DNA of 64,000 bases, taken from positions 11,162,001 to 11,226,000 of the forward strand of contig NC_087250.1 of assembly GCF_037042905.1 (NCBI RefSeq), given 5' to 3'. Position 1 is the first letter of the stretch. Each line of letters starts with the position of its first letter. Source of the DNA: Lytechinus pictus. Taxonomy: Eukaryota. Shown in pieces: positions 39,241 through 51,500 of this stretch. Made by a program: the position numbers and the translations under genes. The notes below the pieces were generated by a model. That model worked only from the letters and a program-made list of their open reading frames with translations, had not been told where the DNA came from and did no database searches.

Positions 39241-39536
39241 TGGTACAATTCCGAGGTAAAAACTAACGTAGGAGGAAGATTCCTAAAGTTAATAATGAGG
39301 CACTTCTCCAAGGGACACAAATAGAACCAAATATTCAACAATAACACTATAAAGGTTAGCTACAGTTGCATTGACCCGCGACACCACACAGAATAGCCAA
39401 TAACGTCAGTCTGCCTAAAGATCGCCTCAAGTTCGGGCGTGAAACCGCCGGTAGCAGACCTTTCAACAGGTATGATTATATGCTCTGCTATATAAAGCAT
39501 TGAGCACTTTGTACAATCATCGGCATCTACACAATT
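39241..39536 (+). mobile_element. Internally deleted Penelope-like element relic
   Basis: From 39241 reads [42 protein letters not shown], matching the PLE post-RT motif (V.TN.G..FL.LI..HF...H.L..IFN.NT.K.SYSC), followed closely by a hammerhead motif. Confidence 0.85.
39409..39459 (+). ncRNA. Type I hammerhead ribozyme motif with a G5>A core change
   Basis: GTCTGC-CTAAAGA-T-CGCC-TCAAGTTCG-GGCG-T-GAAA-CCGCCGGT-A-GCAGAC: 6-bp stem I, stem II CGCC/GGCG, short stem III ACC/GGT, GUA cleavage triplet. Confidence 0.75.
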
Positions 39537-39551
39537 CTCTCTCTCTCTCTT

Positions 39552-39604
<53 letters not shown>

Positions 39605-39620
39605 GTCTGTGTGTGTATGT
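39536..39620. repeat. Compound (CT)n(AT)n(GT)n microsatellite
   Basis: Read directly from the sequence. Confidence 0.95.
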
Positions 39621-41534
39621 ATAAATTATACATGTACTAATTAATTTGCTTATCGTGAGTGTTGTTTTTAATATATCAGAGTACATGTATGAAGCCTGTC
39701 TTTTCTAGTTTATGCAGTCATGCTCGATGAAAAGAACAATATGTTCGCAGTTTAAACATCACTTCACTCGACAGTCGACACTATAACCCTTCTTCCGACA
39801 TGTATAATGTAAACATTTTGTTTATCTATTCTAAACTTCCATTGGTTCCCCATTGTTATTAACGCAGCTAATCATTAATAACACCAATAATTATCCATTG
39901 CATGACATTGATTCCATATTTTTCTTCTGAATAAAGTAAAGTCTTTTAGAAATAACCACGCTCCAGGGCAAAAATATAAGTTCTGCTGTTGGGAGAGTAC
40001 GTGGGTTTGTATTGTGCTTGTACAAAACTCAGAAACACAGTGACATTACGTGGCGTCACATGATCGTGAGTGAGTGAAATTGCATTTCCAGCTCTAGGAC
40101 TTGGGTGGCGTTTCGTTGGTTAATTTTGTTATTTTGTTGGTTTTGTTATCTGGATGCAGGGTTGTAATAAAGAACGTTTTTTTTTTTTAAAACAAACAAA
40201 CAAATTAAACGTTTTTTATTGTTTTAAAACGTTTTAAATCGTTTTAAAACGTTTTTTTCTCCGACGACTGAATAATTTTCTGTAAATCAATTAAATTATA
40301 CACTGTATGATTTAAGCTCTTGATGTTTTAAATACATTTTTGGAGTAAGTAAGAGATAAATACAACTTTTGATACTGAATTTCCAGCAGAAAAAATCATA
40401 TTCCCCCAAAAATTACTAAATCATAATTTTTGAATGCCAAAAAAACACTGAACATGGAAGTTGAAATGTTATATCACATTTATTCATCTAACATGTACAT
40501 ATACATGTAGTTCCAGGGTAGTTTGAGTCTTGTCAATCTAGAGGGGGGGGGGGGAGAAGAATTTGTATAATGAAAGAAATTGACAGAGAGCTTAATTCAG
40601 AGCTTAATTTCATTATGTACAGAATATGCTTTATTTCATTTGAATCAACTATGCCAATTTTAATGCGAGAAATACAAATTTGGGTTTAAATATATAAATA
40701 AAGCCTATGAACTGCTTACCTTTTTAATTGAGGAATTCCGATCAAATGCATCATGTTAGGAAAAAAATCAGTATAAAATGTTTTTAATTTTTTTTTTCTT
40801 TTTAAATTTTCTTATATATTGTGAGTGATTGTTTTACTGACCGGCCTTGTATTATCGAACGTGCGCATCGTACGCGTCAGAAAATAATTTCATACGCTCA
40901 AATCTTTACAACATCCTTCCAAAGGGAAATTGAATAGAAAGAGGATGAAAAATGGTCAAAAACACATTTTCAAAGTCTTACTAAATTCTAAAAATAATAA
41001 AGTATGGTCAGTGATTTTGTTTTCTCAACTTTTCCCATAGAAAACACACTTATGGTAATACGTGTGTTTTCAAGCGACCAAAATATATCACATGCGAAGA
41101 GGGTTCGGATTGGAAGCTAATATCGTAAAAAAGAAAAACTAATTTTTATTGCTTTTTTATGGAAATTTTGATAGAATTATTGGCAATATTTTCCAATCAT
41201 TAACAAAAAGGACAAATAATGATACAGATTCAAATTTTTGCAAGAATTCACATTGGCTTTAAACATGAAATCAAGGGGCAATTTGAGGTCTGACATGCAC
41301 TTGTTGTGTAATATCATAACCGCATACCCATGCATGCATCCCCAAAATAGTCTTGAACGATATGGCGTGGCCCTGTCATGTTTATGTATTTATCATAGAA
41401 ATTTTTGATGGAGCCATTAAGGTCCCCTGGGATTGTTAGGGTTAAGGTTAGACAGCTGATTATCTTGCTGTTTAAAGTACTTTTCTTCATCTTTATAAAG
41501 CGCTAAGTTTCACCTGCTTTCGAGTGTCTTCACG

Positions 41535-42189
41535 AGTGTCTTCACGATACAATATCGTTTGTTCAATGTTAAAATTAAGTTTATCTATTTGTTGTGTCTA
41601 ATATACAACACTAGGCGTTATCACCTAAAGAATATGATGTACAATGAACTTACTTGTAGATCTGTTATCAAACAATGACTTCTGTCCAATGAGAAGAAAG
41701 CCTACTCATCTCATTATATTTTCTCGTATGGAATTATGGGTGCTATGACCCCAAAGTGACAATGTCTTTAGAATAAGGTGGGCAATGAACTTGCATAATC
41801 TCCACGATACAATATTGTTTGTTCAAATATAAAAAGAAGGTCAATCTATCTCTTGTGTCTGAAATACAATTCTGGGCGTTACCACCTAAAGATTATAATG
41901 TGCAATGAACTTACCTGTAGATCTGTTATCAAACAATAACTTCTGTCCAATGAGAAGAAAGCCTACTCATCTCATTGTATTTTCTCGTATAGAATTATGG
42001 GTGCTACGACCCCAAAGTGACAATGTCTTTAGAATAAGGTGGGCAACGAACTTGCATAATCTCCACGATACAATATTGTTTGTTCAAATATAAAAAGAAG
42101 GTCAATCTATCTCTTGTGTCTGAAATACAATTCTGGGCGTTACCACCTAAAGATTATAATGTGCAATGAACTTACCTGTAGATCTGTTA
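41535..42189. repeat. 261-bp tandem repeat, left part (~2.5 units)
   Basis: AATGAACTTAC(C/T)TGTAGATCTG starts at 41643, 41904 and 42165. Confidence 0.95.
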
Positions 42190-44784
42190 GGGAGCTTGTC
42201 AAAAGTCCATGCACCGTTCTATACCGTCTTTACTGCATCCGGGTTTTCGCTTCGGCTTTCCTGCCCAACGTTCCCTTCTCTTCAAAGGAACGGCCGCCAT
42301 CAAAGGCCCATTGATGCCACCGTTCTTTTGTTCGTCTTTCCTGCAAGTCTTAATTTCTGTCGAAATACCGAAGAATCTATTCTAAATAGCTCCCTCTACG
42401 ACCAAAACAAATGCGTGCCTTCATATTGACTGTCGGATCGGAGAGTTCGGGTCACTGTTCGCATTTATCATGTCTTTGGTTCGCATCTATCATGTCTGTA
42501 ATGGAAGTTCGGGTGCATTCATAAAGCCACGGTAGCTTAATAAAAAATCACGCACGTTTCATAAATCGTTACGGATCTTTCGAATTTGCTGCACTAACCA
42601 TTGAAACCTCTTTTTTGTGCAATTGGAAGAGAGTCAATTCATGATGTTTTAGGTTGGAAAATAAGATTCCGCACATTTTCGTTTCGTAGGCCCAAGCCAT
42701 TCGTAGAATTCACGTCAATTTGTAATGTTCATTATAACTCGCATCTGAAACAAATGTCGGGAGCCCCCCCCCCCCCCAAAAAAAAAAGACAGAAGGAAAT
42801 AGAATGATAAAATAAATATGACCGGAACAAGCTTGACACTATTACGCATAGATATATCAAAGATTTATTAGAAATTGTTTTTAATAGTTTGTTCAATTTT
42901 TGGACGGGCAACCATTTCTTTATCTCCTTGTTTTAAAGAAGCGGGACCAAATGGGAAGGTGAAAAGAGGAAGAAGAAAGCTAACAAGTCATAGGGAAAGA
43001 AAAGGAAGGGGAAACAGAGAGAAATAGGAAAATAATATTGGGATGGAAGAAGAGGAAGGGTGAACAAAAATAGGGAGGAAAACAGTTGAAAGAAAAAAAA
43101 AGGAAATTTGAGAGGGGAAGAAATTTACGATCGAGAATCAACGGGAGAGGGGGTACAAACATAATATGGAAATGGATAGAGTTGAAAGCAAGATCCTTTT
43201 GCTGGTGATTATGCATTAGTCTTTTTTCTATCGCCCATCCCAGGAATTTTTGAATGATAATAGTCACATGGAATGACACTTCCAACAATTAGAGTCTTTG
43301 AAATTTCTTTAGGGGTTATTGATCTACATATTCAATGAAACAAAATAATGAAGGAGTGGAAGGATTTTGCTTCAGGCAGGTATAGCTTTAATTGGCAGAG
43401 TACATTATTTGGATATCTGTGTTACAATGGCTCTAAACAAATTAGCATAGGCAATTTGAATAGCTCCATTAATGTTATTGAAAGTAACCAGCTATTCGAG
43501 TGGCAAGAAATTTGCTCTCATTTGTTTCTGATTGTTCTGATTAGAACGGCGCTATTTTATATGGGATCTCAAGTATTTTGAAGAGTTTTGTCATTTATTC
43601 TGATGAACTGGGGGACAGAGCGATTTTGAATGACGTTTATTGTGTGGGGTAAATGTTTGTTCCATGCATGCATTCATAATGTAATGGGTCTAGTGGGTGG
43701 AACATGCATGACTACATCACAGAACGAGTCTGAAAGATTCCCGTATACATTCTTAAGGATAATCATGACTTTGTTGTTGGTATTGTCATTTGATTTGAAT
43801 TGATTGAAAGGTGTGTTTTTTTTTCTTTCATTCATTGTATCACTTATCATGCTTATCATAAATAGAGGACACATGGTAGTAGCTCTTCTCATACCAAATC
43901 TCATTCATATTGGTTTACAGAAGAATAACAAATATGCCAATGCAGGTATACAAGTCCTGCTGTATATGTTTATTGGAACGGTGTTATTGTTATTGGGAAT
44001 TTTTGTGTATCCGGAAGAGTTTTTGCCATTTGCTTTTCTATTAGGATGTAGAAGAATAGGAATAGTTTGGACAGGTTGGAACATAGTATCAACTGTATCC
44101 TTTATCGGTGCAGTCAGAGAATACCTTTTACAATAAGAACCCTCTTGGATGTCCTGTATTCATTTTGATTGGTATCTTTAAGTATGCTATACGTTTCAAG
44201 TGAATGATATCCTATTATGTAGGTTTATTTGGGTTCACTCTTACATGTGTTCACTCCAAATGTTATGGAAGGTCTAAGCGTTTTAAGTCTAGCTTTGATA
44301 TGGGACAAGGGCTAAAACACAGAATCAGGTTATTCTTTCGGACTCTTTTATTTTTATTTTTTATTTTCTCAGCGTTATATAGGTAGATATTTTATGTAGA
44401 CAAGGGAGTTAATGTTAATATGGACAGCATACAAATGGCTGCTCTATAACGGGGGGGGGGGGGCGGAACTGCGGGTCTATAGGATGATGCTAAAGTATAT
44501 GTCAATCATGCTGGTGTGGGTGTGTTGGGGTGTTTGTGAGAGTGTCTTGGGGTGTTTGTGTGTGCAAGGGATAGTCTATGGGCGTGTGTTTGAGTATGTT
44601 TGCAGAAGTGTATGTGTTATGTTTGTTGGGATGAAGTGGAGTGATACGTTGGGTGGTATGTTTTCCAGTTCTGGTGTGGATGTGAATGAGTGGGGTGCTA
44701 TGTGTGTAATTGGAAGTTTCTGTGTCTGTCTGTACTTGTATTATTTTCTACTTTACTTAAAAGCTCTTATTTCTGAAGTAGGGA

Positions 44785-47700
44785 ATGCACCATTTCGTGT
44801 CCTATCACTGTGGCAACTCTTCACCAATGAGGGGTAATTTAAAAATACTCACAGTCAATGTAAGAGGGCTAAGAGATAAAGTAAAAAGAAAGAAAATGTT
44901 TCAATGGTGCAAAAGGTCAGGAAATGTAGTATTTTTACAGGAAACATTTAGCACACAAGATATTGAAAATAGTTGGAAGGCTGATTGGGAAGGGGAGATG
45001 TATTTTAGTCACGGGAGTAATCACAGTAGGGGAACTATTCTCATGTTTAAATCAAATGTTGATTTTGTGATAGAAAAAGTTTTAATAGACAAAGGCGGAA
45101 GATATATTATAATAAAAGGTAAATGTCAAAGTGAAAAGTTGATACTAGGAAGTGTATATTTTCCAACAGGAGATAAAGGAAAGGCCCAATGTGATTTTCT
45201 TTCTGATTTGGACAAAATAATTTCATCTGTATTTAGTGAAGAATGCTCTCTGATAATTGGGGGAGATTTCAATTTAACTATAGACCATGACTTAGATTAC
45301 ATGGGTGCGAGAAATGTTTCAAAAAATAAATACAAAGATTTATTAGGTGATTTTCTTGATAAGCTAGATTTGATTGATGTTTGGCGTAAGCGTCATCCAA
45401 ATAAAAAAGAATTTACTTTTAGACAGAAACAGCCATTTGTTCAGAGTAGATTAGATTACATTTTCATCTCTTCGAAATTAGAGAAGCTTGTAAAAAAATC
45501 TGACATCTTACCCTCTATTACACCTGATCACGCTGGGGTCTGTGTAGAATTTAGCAATTTGGTTGAGAGTTTTATTTATGGGAAATCATATTGGAAGTTC
45601 AATAGCAGCTTATGTAATGAGAAAGAATTTGTAGAAGGGATAAAAATGGAGGTTTCTGAAATAGAGGGAACCTGGCGAGACCAAATAAATAGTAAAATTA
45701 AATTTTGGGATTTTATGAAAATGAAACTTAGAGAATATATTATGAAATTCTCTCGTAAAAAAGCAGCAATTAGAAAAACAAAGGTTGAAAAATTAGAAAA
45801 GGATATTAAAGATTTAGAACATCATTTGGTTACTAATTTTCATAATGGAATTCAAGATGAAATCGAATCGAAAAAAAGTGAATTAGAGCAGCTCTTCGAT
45901 TACTCTCGTCAAGGATTAAAGGTGAGGTCGAGGGTGGAATGGTCCGAAGAAGGTGAAAGGAATTCAGCTTTTTTTGAACAATTATTGAAATCAAATAAAA
46001 GGAAAAGCGTGATTAAGGAGATATACAGTGAAAACGGGGAAATTTTGTGTGATAGCAAAGAAATTTTAACCACTATTAAGAAGTTTTATGCGCATTTATA
46101 TGAATACAAAAATAGTGATAGTGCAGAAGATATTGACAATATGTTTTTTAATGAATTGCCCAAGTTGAGTGAAGAAAATAAGGATTTTTGTGAAGGGCCA
46201 ATATCATTTGAAGAATGCTATCAAGCGGTAAAGGAAATGAAATGGAATAAGTCACCAGGTAATGATGGTTTTACAGCTGAATTCTATTTTACGTTTTGGC
46301 CAATTTTAGGTAAATTTATTGTTGAAGCATTTAATGAAAGTTTTGATACAGAAATGTTATCAAACTCGCAGAGACAGGGAGTAATTACCCTAATTGAAAA
46401 GGATGGAAAAGATCATTTGTATATGAAAAACTACAGACCAATAACACTTCTTAATGTAGACTACAAAATATTGTCAAAAGTTTTAGCTAAAAGGGTAAAA
46501 GAGGTACTAGGGGACATTATTCATTATGACCAAGTAGGGTATGTTAAAGATAGGAATATTGGAGAGGCAGTGAGGTTAATAGACGATGTATTCTTTCAAT
46601 CCTTATATCAGCCAGTAGGATTTGTAATTGCTGTAGATTTCGAAAAAGCATTTGATTGTATATCACATAGACTTCTATTTAAAGCATTGGAATCTTTTGG
46701 TTTTGGTAAAGTATTGTGCTCTTGGGTTAGAATTCTTTATAATGACGTTAGTAGCTGTGTGATGAATGGGGGACACTCAACTGGATATTTTGAGGTTAAA
46801 AGAGGAGTAAGACAAGGAGATCCCCTCTCTCCTTATTTATTTATTATAGCTATTGAATTACTTGCTAATTCTATTCGAAATGATCCGGGTATTGAAGGGA
46901 TTGGGTTTGGTGAAAGAAAAATAAAACAAGTATTGTACGCAGATGATTGTACATTGTTTCTAAAAGACACGTACTCAGTTAATAGGGTGAAGAAAGTCTT
47001 CGGAGAGTTTGAGAAATTGAGTGGTTTGAAAATAAACATGGATAAGACAAATTTTATGTGGTTGGGGGAAGAATGTGATAGGCCGGTTTTACCTCTGTTT
47101 GGACATAGAATGCAATATATACAAATTTTAGGGGTATATTTTTCACGAGACTCCAAAATAAAAGATGACCTAAATTATAAAGAAATTTTGAGTAAAATCA
47201 AAAGATTAATTGGATGGTGGATGCAACGAGATCTGACAATGTTTGGTAAAATTCGATTGTTAAAAATGCATGTATTTTCAAAATTAAATTATGTTTCTTC
47301 TCTTATTTCAGTTCCTCAAAATATCTTTAAAGAAATTGAAAAGATTTCTTTTAATTTCATTTGGGGTGGAAATGACAGAATAAAATGGAAAATTCTATAT
47401 CAAGATTATTGTGCAGGGGGACTCAAAGTAACTAATTTTGAAGTTTTCATTAAAACTCAGAGAATTATGTGGATTAAAAGGCTGCTGTACGGTGAGAAAT
47501 ATTTAGGTTGGAAAGTAACCTTTGACTACTTTTTTAGATCATTGGGAGGCCGGATAATATTTCTTTGTAATTATGATGCAAATAAAATGGACTTACAAGG
47601 TATACCAATATTTTACAAAGATATGTTGAAAGCATGGCAAGATTTGGATCAATGTAGAAACTTTGAGGAAAACAAGATCAATCCTGTGATTTTTAACAAC

Positions 47701-48573
47701 AGATTTATATGTCTTCATAATAAACCGTTTTTTGATGTTGAACTCTTTCGGAAAGGTATATTTCAAGCATCAGATATTATTGTAGGAGGTCAACTAAGAC
47801 CAGTCTCATATTTCCATAACCGGGGTTACACTGCTGATAATCTGCTGATGATTCAAAGAATTTTTTCTGTGATTAAAAAAGAATGGATACAAAGTGATTT
47901 TATAGTTATAGATAGTGAAAATTTTCAAATAGAACTGAAGATCTTTGGTTACCTACATAAATTTATGGATTTAAAAGCCAGATATATATATAATTACTTT
48001 ATTGAGCAATTTCAAAAAGAGTACACTCTAAAGGTTTATGATGGACATTGTGAATATGATCTTGGAATAGGGGAGTTGAAAGAAACCTTTACAAGATTGA
48101 AGAATGCTTTTATATGTAGTAAACAAAGGGAGTTTCAGTACAAACTATTACATGGGGTAGTGTATACAAAAGAAAAGCTCTTCCAATTTGGTTTTGAGTC
48201 AGACAATTTTTGTTCTTTTTGTAAACAACAGGTAGAAACATACCAACATTTATTTTTAGATTGTTTAAAGGTTAAACAGTTATGGAAGGAGGTCATCAAA
48301 AAGCTTCATTTAAAGGAAGTTAGGATTGATGATTGGAAAACAATTTTCATCGGTCTATCTGGTAAATGTGTGAGAATACATGCAATAAACTGTATAATCT
48401 TTCTGCTAAAACATATAATTTTTATTTCCAGAGAAAAGGGCGAACCACCGTCCGTACAAAAAACAACAGATATGATTAAAGGTTACAGAAAAGAAGAATA
48501 TAATATAGCCAAGAAAACAGGGAATTTGGGAGTACACTTAAGAAAATGGGAACAAATTGGTGCATTTCTTTGA
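44785..48573 (+). CDS. Intact Tx1/L1-clade LINE ORF2 (APE endonuclease, RT, zinc finger), 1262 aa
   Basis: Uninterrupted ORF with TVNVRG, FLQET, GGDFN, SRLDY, PDH, DFEKAFD, GVRQGDPLSP, YADD and CSFC..ETYQHLFLDC. The start could instead be the ATG at 44827. 3'UTR with AATAAA and A-tail ends at ~49092. Confidence 0.97.
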   Translation: MHHFVSYHCGNSSPMRGNLKILTVNVRGLRDKVKRKKMFQWCKRSGNVVFLQETFSTQDIENSWKADWEGEMYFSHGSNHSRGTILMFKSNVDFVIEKVLIDKGGRYIIIKGKCQSEKLILGSVYFPTGDKGKAQCDFLSDLDKIISSVFSEECSLIIGGDFNLTIDHDLDYMGARNVSKNKYKDLLGDFLDKLDLIDVWRKRHPNKKEFTFRQKQPFVQSRLDYIFISSKLEKLVKKSDILPSITPDHAGVCVEFSNLVESFIYGKSYWKFNSSLCNEKEFVEGIKMEVSEIEGTWRDQINSKIKFWDFMKMKLREYIMKFSRKKAAIRKTKVEKLEKDIKDLEHHLVTNFHNGIQDEIESKKSELEQLFDYSRQGLKVRSRVEWSEEGERNSAFFEQLLKSNKRKSVIKEIYSENGEILCDSKEILTTIKKFYAHLYEYKNSDSAEDIDNMFFNELPKLSEENKDFCEGPISFEECYQAVKEMKWNKSPGNDGFTAEFYFTFWPILGKFIVEAFNESFDTEMLSNSQRQGVITLIEKDGKDHLYMKNYRPITLLNVDYKILSKVLAKRVKEVLGDIIHYDQVGYVKDRNIGEAVRLIDDVFFQSLYQPVGFVIAVDFEKAFDCISHRLLFKALESFGFGKVLCSWVRILYNDVSSCVMNGGHSTGYFEVKRGVRQGDPLSPYLFIIAIELLANSIRNDPGIEGIGFGERKIKQVLYADDCTLFLKDTYSVNRVKKVFGEFEKLSGLKINMDKTNFMWLGEECDRPVLPLFGHRMQYIQILGVYFSRDSKIKDDLNYKEILSKIKRLIGWWMQRDLTMFGKIRLLKMHVFSKLNYVSSLISVPQNIFKEIEKISFNFIWGGNDRIKWKILYQDYCAGGLKVTNFEVFIKTQRIMWIKRLLYGEKYLGWKVTFDYFFRSLGGRIIFLCNYDANKMDLQGIPIFYKDMLKAWQDLDQCRNFEENKINPVIFNNRFICLHNKPFFDVELFRKGIFQASDIIVGGQLRPVSYFHNRGYTADNLLMIQRIFSVIKKEWIQSDFIVIDSENFQIELKIFGYLHKFMDLKARYIYNYFIEQFQKEYTLKVYDGHCEYDLGIGELKETFTRLKNAFICSKQREFQYKLLHGVVYTKEKLFQFGFESDNFCSFCKQQVETYQHLFLDCLKVKQLWKEVIKKLHLKEVRIDDWKTIFIGLSGKCVRIHAINCIIFLLKHIIFISREKGEPPSVQKTTDMIKGYRKEEYNIAKKTGNLGVHLRKWEQIGAFL

Positions 48574-51500
48574 CTTATCATGTATCGTATTCTATTTTAT
48601 TTTATTATTTTTTTTTTCTCAATGATACAAAGTTACAGATCGACAGACCAGAACGGATGTGCTACCTGTTGTATGATGTGTGTGCGTGAGGGTTTTTGTG
48701 TGCGTGTGTGTGTGTGAGGGTGCGTGGGTGAGTGAAAGATTATATATATTTAATCTTCCTCTTAAAGGAGCATAGAGTTTCATGAAAAAAGTAGTTTATT
48801 TGATTTGACATAATTTTGAAATAAAAAATATTGAAATAATTTTATGCTATATTATGTACTTTTTGGGGAAAAAAAAAATGTTTCACATTGTCATAGAAGA
48901 GAAATTTGGCAGTTTAATTTCATTTGTAATAATTCTTTAAAATATTTGTAATCTCATTGATATTGATATATTTATTTGTTTGATTGTTTATTGATTGTAT
49001 AGATGCAAATAATATTTATTTGTATGAATTGTGATTGTCAACTTATTGATTTGAAAGAGGAAGAAAATAAAATATTATTAAAAAAAAAAAAATAGAGACA
49101 GAAAATAAGGGGAAAGAAGTAAAGAGAGCTGGTGGACGATGGGGGAGAAATAAAGGGGGAAGGGAAAGAGTGAAAGGGGAACAGAGGGGAATTAGACATG
49201 GAGTGGCCATGCTGAAACGGTTCTTTATTCTTTGTTCATTCAGGTAACAAGAAGAAAATGAAGAAAAATGAAGCCTAAAAGCTCGGAGTTAAATTGGCCG
49301 CAACTTTAATCTGATTGCGAACCCCTTCTAGCAATATTTCATGAAAAGATATACAGAGCAAAATAAGTGAATAAAAAAGAAAAATGAGTGAAAAGAAATT
49401 GAGAGAAGAAAAAAAAAATAACTACTAAGATTTAAGAAAAACATGAGAAAGAGAAAGGGAAAATCGTGTACCGAAGAAATATAGTTATCGAATTGCTAAT
49501 GTAGGAACCTAAAGCACTTATACCACATCAGTAATTATCAGGATAGGAAAGATAACAAAAGCAACATGATTATAGGGGTTGAAGCGGGCTCCTATTTGCG
49601 GCGACGGAAAAAATGGATTAAAGATTCAAAGATAAAAGGAAGAAGAATTAATGCAAGGAAACATGACAAGGGGAAGGGATAAAGAAATGAGGGGGTAAAA
49701 AGATTAATAAGAAATACATTTGACAAAAATGGATAGGGAGAATTGCAAATAGGAAACCCTACACACCTGCAGATCGCTTCCCTAGCTCTGTCATTGCCCA
49801 TTAGATCTTGGACCTATGATATATTTACCCGTTCCGCCCGATTGGAATGACTGGGGGAACGTCGATTTCATTTCACACGAAACAGAAGACCATGCCGTTG
49901 CCACCAGTAGGCGGTGCTTTACAGATAGCGTTTCGCCAATTGAAAAGGTGTTCTCCACATGAGCGATTCTATGTCCCTCGACGTCAATGTGCGATTGTGT
50001 TAAAAACGACTGTCATCGATTAATATTCATCTTTTCTTGTTTGAACAAATGCGTGTTCATCCCGATTTCTGCCTCTGCATCGAAATCAATATTTATGAGA
50101 GAGCAGAGTTGTGTTTTCGCAAAGGCCGTGAAATTATTTTTTTTTTAATTCATGACTTGCGTCTTCGCATGCGCGTGGACTGGACATTTACAAAATTTAT
50201 TGTGGTCGTCTATTTCAAAAATTGCATGCCATGAATGAATCAGCATCCTCAAATTTTCTGGGGATTCAGGGGGAGCCACCCATGCCCTTCCATATTAGGA
50301 GAGGCACAGTTAAAATTTGTAATGTAAAAATGCAGCGTAAACAAAACTGTGCCCCCCCCCCCCTTGACAGCGAAACCTCTTTTCCCCTGTCATGGATCCG
50401 CCCCTGACCTCTAGACATTATGCTGTATAGACCCAATTCTTGGTTGGATTTACATTTACATAGGGCCCGCCCCCCCCCCCCCCCTATTGGCGGAGCAAAA
50501 AAAGGAAACAAAGAGGGGAAAAAAAGAAAAAGAATTGAAGTCTGTCCCGATAGATGCTTTCCAATACAAAATACGCAGACATTTTGATCGGTCGCCAAAT
50601 AGCTGGAAACAACAACAAAAAGAATGTGTGAAAAGGGCAAAAAAAAATTCCAACAAAACATATTTGATTTCATACCTATCACATCATAATCATTTTAGGG
50701 CTATGCTCATATAATATAATAATCAGGAATGGAATGGTTACATGAACTTTTCTGACCGGGATTTACCAATATGATTATAAACTTAAAAGCTTTAAATCAT
50801 AAAGAATTAATATAAGCGGACACACTGCAGTTCAAAAAATAAGAATGAATTAAATAGGAGGCCTACATGAAGCAAAAATTGTGTGTGAATTTTATTTCAT
50901 CAAAAAGTATGTTTCTTGGTATTATTCATTGAATGTGTGACTTTCGTAACTTTCAGTATTTTCATTTATTATAAATATCAAGGCTACCGCTACCACATTC
51001 ACTACCACCACCACCATCATCATCAGTGTTAATTATCATCACTATCATCAGCAGGATCATTATAGCCAATCATGTCAACAGAACCATCTATGTCATTATC
51101 GTAGTTATTGAAATTTGGATAATTTTGGTAAGGAAATAATAAAAATGAGAGAAAGGTTGTAGCAGGAGGGGGGTGAGTTTGTTCTAAAGAAAAATCAATG
51201 TGAGTAGAATTAAATTAATGTTTTTATCTATATTGCAGTGATGGTAAACATCATTTCAATACTAGGATGCCATGATGTTCAATAAAAAAGCTTCAAAACT
51301 CAGTACTTCACGGGTGAAGATGGGGCCGTAAGCTGCAGGGAGATATGTAAAATAATATTAACATTAGATCATTACTCTAAAATAGATGGAATATAATTAT
51401 TTATTATTAATATTAGTTAGTACACTTACTGGCCTAAAAGCAAAAGCAAATAGGGCCATGATATAGTCTTCTCCATCAAGAGAATTTGACATGATTGTCC

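Noticed and set aside
39360..39686. 108-aa minus-strand ORF with HT/YI repeats
   Set aside because: Spans microsatellites and the antisense strand of the Penelope-like relic.
39720..39930. Possible transmembrane exon on the minus strand (EEKYGINVMQWIIIGVIND*)
   Set aside because: The frame stops before a full hydrophobic helix and no suitable donor site is present.
44412..44837. 141-aa Val/Cys/Gly-rich ORF upstream of Tx1 ORF2 as ORF1
   Set aside because: Arises from GT-rich low-complexity sequence and lacks RRM, coiled-coil or zinc-knuckle motifs.
46833..47156. 107-aa antisense ORF inside the Tx1 RT
   Set aside because: Shadow frame of a long coding sequence, with no independent features.
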